6,599 nucleotides of DNA from a virus. Each line of letters opens with the position of its first letter. Positions within the stretch are counted from its first letter, which is position 1. Made by a program: the position numbers and the translations under genes. The notes under the pieces were generated by a model. It was given only the letters and a program-made list of their open reading frames with translations, was not told the DNA's origin and did not search any database. Positions 1 to 4,567 of the stretch are shown piece after piece. Location of the stretch: IMG/VR virus record IMGVR_UViG_3300028612_002641, one strand, 5' to 3'.

Positions 1-40
1 CAATCAGGTTGTATGGCTTCATTTCTGGCTCCTCAGCGTT

Positions 41-113
41 TGTCTAATGATGCTTGACAACCGCAAAACCCTCAATGTCTAATGCCGATATACATGTCAA
101 GTCTCATTAGACA
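41..113. promoter_or_regulatory. Operator cluster: three copies of the 9-mer TGTCTAATG (41-49 direct, 76-84 direct, 105-113 inverted)
   Basis: The 9-mer was read directly at all three positions. 75-84 (ATGTCTAATG) and 105-114 (CATTAGACAT) form a perfect 10-bp inverted repeat. 41-59 and 95-113 form a 17/19 inverted repeat. The cluster lies between the leftward repressor gene and the rightward operon, and copy 2 overlaps the candidate -10 box. Confidence 0.6.
54..83 (+). promoter_or_regulatory. Candidate sigma70-type rightward early promoter
   Basis: A perfect TTGACA at 54-59 is followed by an 18-nt spacer and TCTAAT at 78-83 (5/6 to TATAAT). It sits upstream of the first + strand ORF at 152. 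Confidence 0.5.
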
Positions 114-151
114 TACGGAAGTCAACTCGACCACTTCCAAGGGGGAAGACC

Positions 152-256
152 ATGACCGAAAAGCAAATAATCCCTGCCGCGCTGCTTGCCTTCGCCATTT
201 CCGTAGTCGCTGCCGTCTACTTCGCGGCCAGCTACCTAGAGGGGTGCCCGGCATGA
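152..256 (+). CDS. 34-aa single-pass membrane peptide (MTEKQIIPAALLAFAISVVAAVYFAASYLEGCPA), first gene of the rightward operon
   Basis: The ATG at 152 follows a strong SD (AAGGGGGA, about 137-145) with a spacer of about 6 nt. The ORF has a hydrophobic core. Its TGA stop (254-256) overlaps the next ATG (253-255) as ATGA. It is too short for the ORF track. Confidence 0.5.
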   Translation: MTEKQIIPAALLAFAISVVAAVYFAASYLEGCPA

Positions 257-921
257 GCAAGCTACCCACACGCATCTGGAGAAACCGCCTTTTCTGCGCT
301 CACTGCTCCTTCGAGGTTTTCGATTCCCGCGCCTACTGCCTGAACCCACGATGTGTTGCTTTCATGCCCGAAGGGCATAACAGGCAGCAGGAAAGCGCCC
401 ATATCAAGCCCACAAGCCCTGATCTGCCGATACCGCGACCCCGTACGCATCCAGAGCCAAAACACCCCCAAAACAGCTCTCAGCGCTTTCTACGCCGTTT
501 TTCTGCGCCCTCGACCCTTTCAACCCCCAAAACCCTCTCTCGCGCCATGAAAAACCGCCTTTTAACGGCCTCTCAGCCTCTCGTACCGCTTTTTCCATGC
601 TCCGGCCCTTCAATCCGTTGCTTTTCACCATCATTTCCGTCTCTGCCTTGCCCTGCTACCTGCTCCAATCTCAACCCTAAACACCAACCCAAAATCCAAA
701 ATCTTTCTTTTCCCCTGGCCTATGTCCCTTCCCCCAAGGTGGCCGGGGTTTTTTCTTCCCCTTCATCCGCTTCTGCCTTTCGGTTCGTTCGGTGGGTGAA
801 TTTGGTAGGGGCGGTCCTTGTAACACCGCCCCTTTGTCCCATGGGTGGGACTTTTCGTACAAAAAATGATCAGGGCCACTGTTTTTCTGTCCAGTGCTTT
901 GGGGGTCCTAATGCTTATTGA
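253..921 (+). CDS. Hypothetical protein with an N-terminal CxxC...CxxxxC zinc-ribbon-like motif; the Pro/Ser-rich remainder is of doubtful coding status
   Basis: This is the same frame as track ORF 82..921. The ATG at 253 is coupled to the upstream ORF by an ATGA overlap, with GAGGGG 8 nt upstream. Residues 15-34 read C-AH-C...C-LNPR-C. Beyond about residue 55 the frame runs through a pyrimidine tract where stop codons are rare in every frame, so openness there is weak evidence for coding. Confidence 0.3.
   Translation: MSKLPTRIWRNRLFCAHCSFEVFDSRAYCLNPRCVAFMPEGHNRQQESAHIKPTSPDLPIPRPRTHPEPKHPQNSSQRFLRRFSAPSTLSTPKTLSRAMKNRLLTASQPLVPLFPCSGPSIRCFSPSFPSLPCPATCSNLNPKHQPKIQNLSFPLAYVPSPKVAGVFSSPSSASAFRFVRWVNLVGAVLVTPPLCPMGGTFRTKNDQGHCFSVQCFGGPNAY
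400..790 (+). other. C-rich, G-poor pyrimidine tract (possible intergenic/origin region or rut-like leader)
   Basis: My hand count for 421-780 gives about 146 C against about 49 G in 360 nt, and 661-720 contains only 3 G. The flanking genes show no such skew. Confidence 0.7.
808..855 (+). terminator. Two tandem hairpins, each followed by a T-run, just upstream of rep (attenuator/terminator or ssDNA origin hairpins)
   Basis: GGGGCGG (808-814) pairs with CCGCCCC (826-832) around an 11-nt loop, followed by TTT. GTCCCA (836-841) pairs with TGGGAC (846-851) around a 4-nt loop, followed by TTTT (852-855). Confidence 0.3.
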
Positions 922-1936
922 TTGGCTCACCATCCGAGTCTCTTATGACTCATTGAATGATGACGCCCTAAAGGTTGTTTTGGCCTATGGGGATCGTGTT
1001 CAACGTATCGACGCTAAAACAGGTGAACTTCGTTGGGAAACTGCTGCTTGGGATTCAATCAGATCAGATACCCACGCCATTAGTGTCAAAGCTGGTGGTT
1101 CTGAACTCTGGATACAGGGAAGTCCTGCTCGAATCATCGCCCAGGGTGATGCTGTCTTTGGCTCAGGTGCCAGCCAAGCCCTTGATATTAGTGGTTGCAT
1201 AGAACGAATGACCGCTTTCGTAGGTTCTATGCTGGGCGTTTCTCTCCCTGATCCATCCCCATGGATCGTTTCACGTGCTGATATCACTGAAAACTTACGC
1301 CTTGCAGATCATGCTCAGGTCCGCCAAGCCCTATCCATTCTTCGTGATTGTGAAGGTGGTCGTTATAGGGTCAGCCAGCAAGCAGGTGACACCGTCTACT
1401 GGGGTGGTAAATCAAAACACCGACGTGGCAAGGCATACGCTAAAGGCCCACACCTAACCCACATCATGAAAAAACCGGATTACTCCGGTTATCCCTATAC
1501 CCCAGAACAAATTTCAGATGCTCATCAATTATTACGACTAGAACTGACACTAGCCCGCGAATGGTTTTCGCGTAATGACTGGAAAACAGTGACACCGGCC
1601 CACCTTAAAAGTGAATGGGATGATTATTTCGGTCGGATGATCGGAGGTGCAGAGATGAAAACAGAAACCGATTTGAAACAGAAAGTAATGGCCGCTGCAA
1701 CAACTGAAGGTCAGGGCAGAGCTGCTATTGGATGCTGGGCACTAATTCAATCTCAAGGTTGGGAATCTGCTCGTGAGATGCAGTCCAGGACAACATGGTA
1801 CAGAAATTTAAAGATTCTCCGGGCTGCTGGTCTCGGTGATGCCGATCTTTCCCGTGGTCAGATCGTCCAGCTACGTCGTCGCGTTATGGAATGTCAAACA
1901 GTCACTAGCTGGGAACAACTAGCACGTTCTGCATAA
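911..1936 (+). CDS. Rolling-circle replication initiation protein (pII/RstA-like, Rep_trans/Phage_CRI-type)
   Basis: The track ORF is 845..1936. I prefer the ATG at 911 because it is preceded by TGGGGGT 5 nt upstream and gives an N-terminus MLIDWLT, typical of these Reps. Position 845 is GTG and 866 has no SD, and both would add a signal-peptide-like extension. The motifs LWIQGSPARIIAQGDAVFGS and KAYAKG (candidate catalytic Tyr) resemble filamentous-phage and plasmid initiators as I recall them. Confidence 0.75.
   Translation: MLIDWLTIRVSYDSLNDDALKVVLAYGDRVQRIDAKTGELRWETAAWDSIRSDTHAISVKAGGSELWIQGSPARIIAQGDAVFGSGASQALDISGCIERMTAFVGSMLGVSLPDPSPWIVSRADITENLRLADHAQVRQALSILRDCEGGRYRVSQQAGDTVYWGGKSKHRRGKAYAKGPHLTHIMKKPDYSGYPYTPEQISDAHQLLRLELTLAREWFSRNDWKTVTPAHLKSEWDDYFGRMIGGAEMKTETDLKQKVMAAATTEGQGRAAIGCWALIQSQGWESAREMQSRTTWYRNLKILRAAGLGDADLSRGQIVQLRRRVMECQTVTSWEQLARSA
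1655..1936 (+). CDS. Candidate in-frame internal translation product of rep (pX-like, 93 aa)
   Basis: A perfect GGAGG at 1643-1647 lies 7 nt upstream of the in-frame ATG at 1655. In Ff phages, gene X is produced by exactly this kind of in-frame restart inside gene II. Confidence 0.35.
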   Translation: MKTETDLKQKVMAAATTEGQGRAAIGCWALIQSQGWESAREMQSRTTWYRNLKILRAAGLGDADLSRGQIVQLRRRVMECQTVTSWEQLARSA

Positions 1937-1938
1937 GA

Positions 1939-1982
1939 GAGAGGGGGATAGGGCCGCGCGCGCGCGGCACGACCCCCCTCTC
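1939..1982. repeat. GC-rich compound palindrome/hairpin between rep and the ssDNA-binding gene
   Basis: The outer 9-bp stem pairs GAGAGGGGG (1939-1947) with CCCCCTCTC (1974-1982). The inner 16-nt GCCGCGCGCGCGCGGC (1953-1968) is a perfect palindrome containing (CG)6 at 1955-1966. No T-run follows it. Confidence 0.8.
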
Positions 1983-2004
1983 AAATCAACCGAGGAGAAA
2001 ACCA

Positions 2005-2313
2005 ATGTTGGAAATTGAACTCAACACCAATGACTGTCAGATCGAAACCCGCATGATCAACGGGAAAAACGGCCAACGCACCATCCACGAACAACAGGCC
2101 TACTTCCACACCGGAGGCGCTTACCCGACCCCGTTCAAGCTCTCAATCCGCAACGCTTCGGAAGCTTACCCCTCCGGGAAGTACACCCTTCACCCGTCCA
2201 GCTTTCAGGTTAACCAGTTCGGCGGCCTCGAGCTCAACCGTTTTGAAATGCGCCTTGTGCCGATCAAGGCACCCGCACAAGCGGTCCCCCAGAAAACCGC
2301 CTCAAGTAGTTAA
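2005..2313 (+). CDS. ssDNA-binding protein (gene V-like)
   Basis: GAGGAG at 1992-1997 lies 7 nt upstream of the ATG. The 102-aa product sits immediately after rep. Its pattern (NGKNGQ...EQQAYFH...YPSGKYTL...GGLEL) resembles the small OB-fold gene V / Pf3-type binding proteins as I recall them. Confidence 0.65.
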   Translation: MLEIELNTNDCQIETRMINGKNGQRTIHEQQAYFHTGGAYPTPFKLSIRNASEAYPSGKYTLHPSSFQVNQFGGLELNRFEMRLVPIKAPAQAVPQKTASSS

Positions 2314-2327
2314 TGGGGTAATTAACA

Positions 2328-2408
2328 ATGACTGATCCCGGCCCATGGCTCTATTTCTTCGTGATGCTCTCCGCTCTCTCGGTCCTCTTCTTCAAGGGGG
2401 CCTCATGA
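2328..2408 (+). CDS. 26-aa hydrophobic peptide (MTDPGPWLYFFVMLSALSVLFFKGAS); pVII/pIX-like minor coat or PfsE-like small membrane protein
   Basis: The ORF is not in the track because it is under 60 aa. Its TGA stop (2406-2408) overlaps the ATG at 2405 of the next ORF as ATGA. It has a single hydrophobic helix, and its SD is weak (GGGG, 9 nt upstream). Confidence 0.4.
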   Translation: MTDPGPWLYFFVMLSALSVLFFKGAS

Positions 2409-2632
2409 GCAACATGATTGCGATATGTGACGGGGCTTGGATTGAGAACATCGCGGGTGCCCTCGAATGCGACGGCACCCTGATGCAGGTGGAGGACAGC
2501 TATTTTAAGTGGCTCCCTTCACTGACCTACGAGGACGCAAATGAACTCCTCGTAGCAATTGGTGCGCTCTACGCCACGGTATTCATTTACCTGCTAGTAG
2601 CGCGTTTCATTAACGACCAGAAACCCGACTAG
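2405..2632 (+). CDS. 75-aa membrane-anchored protein, probable minor virion/assembly protein
   Basis: This is the frame of track ORF 2345..2632. I prefer the ATG at 2405, which has AAGGGGG 5 nt upstream and an ATGA overlap with the preceding small ORF. The ATG at 2345 has no SD. A C-terminal TM helix (LLVAIGALYATVFIYLLVARFI) is present, and the gene lies directly upstream of the coat gene. Confidence 0.6.
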   Translation: MSNMIAICDGAWIENIAGALECDGTLMQVEDSYFKWLPSLTYEDANELLVAIGALYATVFIYLLVARFINDQKPD

Positions 2633-2641
2633 GAGCATCCC

Positions 2642-2770
2642 ATGGATACTACCGCAGTTGTTGGCGTACTGGATGGAGGCTTGGTAGCTATCGCTGCCGT
2701 CGGCGGCTCGCTGCTGGCACTGAACTCCACCCGCGCCGTTTGGAACGCCGTTCGCGGCTTCATCAAGTAA
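2642..2770 (+). CDS. Major coat protein (pVIII-like), 42 aa, no cleavable leader
   Basis: AGGAG at 2631-2635 lies 6 nt upstream of the ATG. The product is MDTTAVVGVLDGGLVAIAAVGGSLLALNSTRAVWNAVRGFIK, with an acidic N-terminus, a hydrophobic core and a basic C-terminus (R31, R38, K42). A strong terminator follows, as after gene VIII in Ff. The ORF is too short for the track. Confidence 0.8.
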   Translation: MDTTAVVGVLDGGLVAIAAVGGSLLALNSTRAVWNAVRGFIK

Positions 2771-2776
2771 CAGACT

Positions 2777-2798
2777 GGCCCCTTCGGGGGCCTTTTAC
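2777..2798 (+). terminator. Rho-independent terminator after the coat gene
   Basis: GGCCCC (2777-2782), a TTCG tetraloop and GGGGCC (2787-2792) are followed by TTTTACTT. Confidence 0.85.
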
Positions 2799-2815
2799 TT
2801 CCTGAGCAACCCACT

Positions 2816-4261
2816 ATGAATTACTTCACACGCCAGCTAATCCGTGCCTTGGAAAACCGGCTGTTCCGCCAGCTCGCCTACTACATCATAGCCGCGGCAA
2901 TCGCCTTGCTCGGCTTGATCGCGAACACAGCACTCGCCGCAACAGTAGAGGATCCCCAGGCGACACCGGGAACATACTGCACCCTCCCAAATGGCTGTGA
3001 AGCTTCAAGCTCAGATCCGCGTTACGATACTCAAGAAGACTTCGTAAATGGCTGGTGCGGTAACGACTTCAACCCGCCGTCAAACTCAACTGCCCATTCG
3101 TGCACCACGGTAACAGTTGACAATAGATACTACGCCGTTGGCCGCTGGTGCCGTTCGATACACACAGCAACCGGCCTTCCATTCCAGCGCTCATACTCAA
3201 CTGGCCCACTAACTGGCATCTGCGTTTTCTCCGACGAAGCGCCCACCTGCAACATCCCCGAAGGAACAGAGCAGAGACTCGAAACTTCCCTATCCCTTAC
3301 ACAGGTGTGCTTCTCTAACTGCATCTTCGATAGCCCAAAGAAACAGATTGGAGGCTACGGTGCTGACGGAAGTCTCCGATGGTTCGCAGACTACACAAGC
3401 ACAGGAGAGTACTGCGACGACCCTAACGGCGATTCATCCCGCCCATTCGACGATTTCACAGATGACGACGACTGTTACATTGGCATAAATGGCAAAAAGT
3501 ATTGTGGTGTCCCGAACAACAGCCCGTGCCCTAACTACATCATGGTGGACGGCAAAAAGTACTGCCAGACAGCCGAAGAAGGGGAAAACCCAGTCGACTC
3601 AGACGGTGACGGCTCACCTGACGGAGAAGACCCAGACCCAACAAATCCCGATACTGACGGAGACGGTGCCCCAGATGGTAACGACCCAGACCCTACAAAT
3701 CCGGATACTGACGGCGACGGCATACCAGACGGCGAAGACCCAGACAATGACAACAACGGCATTCCCGACGACGAAGAAGGCGACGGCCCCGCCTCAGAAT
3801 ACACATCAGGCACCTGCAACCCAGGCACCCAGATACAAGAGCCGCAATGCAGCTCAGAACTAGATGCCGTCCAGTGCGCGATATACCTCAATAACTGGCA
3901 CCACCGCTGTGACCAAAAACAGCAATACACAGACCTCTACGGCACGGAACAAGAAAGAGAAGAGGCCGCATTACAGGGCAACGAATACCTAGACCCAGAC
4001 AGCACGGAAAACCAACTCCCGTCACCCTCAGGTGACAATGTAGAAACCATCAACTTTTCCGATACGGTCTCATCCCTCGATGACTCCGGGTTCCTCTCCG
4101 GCTCCTGCCCAGGCGACATTTCTGTAGGAGTCCTGAGTACTTCCATCACCTTCTCATTTGGCCCCGTTTGCCAGCTTCTAGAAAACATCCGCCCGATATT
4201 TATAGCCCTCGGCTGGTTCGCTGCAGCACTGATCCTCGGCCGTTCAATGACAGGAGCTTAA
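2816..4261 (+). CDS. Adsorption / minor coat protein (pIII-like), 481 aa
   Basis: This is the largest ORF and sits in the pIII position. It has an N-terminal signal/anchor ending ...NTALA-ATVEDP, Cys-rich N-terminal domains, a central Asp-rich repeat linker and a C-terminal hydrophobic anchor (IFIALGWFAAALILG). Confidence 0.75.
   Translation: MNYFTRQLIRALENRLFRQLAYYIIAAAIALLGLIANTALAATVEDPQATPGTYCTLPNGCEASSSDPRYDTQEDFVNGWCGNDFNPPSNSTAHSCTTVTVDNRYYAVGRWCRSIHTATGLPFQRSYSTGPLTGICVFSDEAPTCNIPEGTEQRLETSLSLTQVCFSNCIFDSPKKQIGGYGADGSLRWFADYTSTGEYCDDPNGDSSRPFDDFTDDDDCYIGINGKKYCGVPNNSPCPNYIMVDGKKYCQTAEEGENPVDSDGDGSPDGEDPDPTNPDTDGDGAPDGNDPDPTNPDTDGDGIPDGEDPDNDNNGIPDDEEGDGPASEYTSGTCNPGTQIQEPQCSSELDAVQCAIYLNNWHHRCDQKQQYTDLYGTEQEREEAALQGNEYLDPDSTENQLPSPSGDNVETINFSDTVSSLDDSGFLSGSCPGDISVGVLSTSITFSFGPVCQLLENIRPIFIALGWFAAALILGRSMTGA
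3596..3787 (+). repeat. In-frame Asp-rich repeats (DPDPTNPDTDGDGxPDGx), thrombospondin-type-3-like calcium-binding motif
   Basis: Two near-identical 54-nt (18-aa) units lie at 3629-3682 and 3683-3736, flanked by degenerate copies (DSDGDGSPDGE, DPDNDNNGIPDDEEGDG). Confidence 0.8.
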
Positions 4262-4264
4262 AAA

Positions 4265-4567
4265 ATGCCACTACCCGTAATAGCAGGCATAGGCGCTTTC
4301 ATCTTCGGTAGAACACTGCTATCCGTCGCCGCAAGAATCTTTATCTCATTAGGCATTGGTTTCACCGTATTTCAGGGGGTAAACCTCGGCTTTTCTGCAC
4401 TCACAGACCTTGTTTACCAGTCATTTAACGGGCTTCCATCAACGATACTTTCCCTGATAGGCCTCTCTGGCATCGACGTCTTCATATCCCTTGTTTTGTC
4501 TGCCTACGCCGCTGCACTAACGCTGAAAGGCATCAGCGGCACAATCAAACAAATGAGGTTTAAATAA
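4265..4567 (+). CDS. pVI-like minor coat / membrane protein, 100 aa
   Basis: AGGAG at 4252-4256 lies 8 nt upstream of the ATG. The product is strongly hydrophobic with multiple TM segments. It lies between the pIII-like and pI-like genes, and its stop overlaps the next start as TAATG (4565-4569). Confidence 0.65.
   Translation: MPLPVIAGIGAFIFGRTLLSVAARIFISLGIGFTVFQGVNLGFSALTDLVYQSFNGLPSTILSLIGLSGIDVFISLVLSAYAAALTLKGISGTIKQMRFK

Noticed and set aside
1-22. Partial minus-strand CDS at the window start (MKPYNLI...)
   Set aside because: It is a duplicate of the repressor 5' end (6456-6477) created by the 144-bp terminal overlap, not a separate gene.
85-101. A second dif-like site around TATACA at 89-94, and at 5069-5081 (TTATGTATCGG) or 6166-6187
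   Set aside because: Only the 6-nt core or 6/11 arm positions match and the flanking arms do not resemble XerC or XerD sites, so this is chance level. No convincing inverted attP2 partner for a CTX-type folded site was found by eye.
82-252. The 5' extension of the 279-aa track ORF, starting at ATG 82
   Set aside because: ATG 82 lies inside the candidate -10 box and operator copy 2, upstream of the probable transcription start, and has no SD. The SD-driven 34-aa ORF (152-256, a different frame) and the coupled ATG at 253 explain this stretch better.
282-563. Repeated 12-mer AAACCGCCTTTT (282-293 and 552-563) and the related TTTTCTGCGC (290-299 and about 498-507) as possible iterons
   Set aside because: About one exact 12-mer repeat is expected by chance in a 6.5-kb sequence, and more in a skewed-composition tract. 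Spacing and number do not resemble an iteron array.
72-862. Minus-strand ORFs 72..275, 262..471, 404..634 and 677..862
   Set aside because: They are the G/A-rich complement of the pyrimidine tract and give Gly/Arg/Lys-rich low complexity. They have no start context and overlap the control region and early ORFs.
834-863. A rep-specific promoter (TTGTCC, 18-nt spacer, TACAAA)
   Set aside because: Both hexamers are weak, and the candidate overlaps the hairpin elements. I cannot distinguish it from chance without transcript mapping.
845-910. Rep start at GTG 845 or ATG 866, as in the track ORF
   Set aside because: Neither has an SD. Both would add a hydrophobic signal-peptide-like N-terminus to a cytoplasmic initiator. 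ATG 911 has a GGGGG SD and yields the MLIDWLT N-terminus. This is not excluded, only less likely.
3596-3787. Tandem repeats as a possible CRISPR array or non-coding satellite
   Set aside because: The repeats are in-frame within a long ORF, contiguous without spacers, and encode a coherent DxDxDG motif.
3489-3930. Overlapping ORFs 3489..3863 (+) and 3535..3930 (-) within the pIII-like gene
   Set aside because: They run through the Asp-rich GAC/GAT repeat region, where alternative frames are stop-poor and give low-complexity T/Q/S/G products. They have no start signals and overlap a well-supported gene completely.
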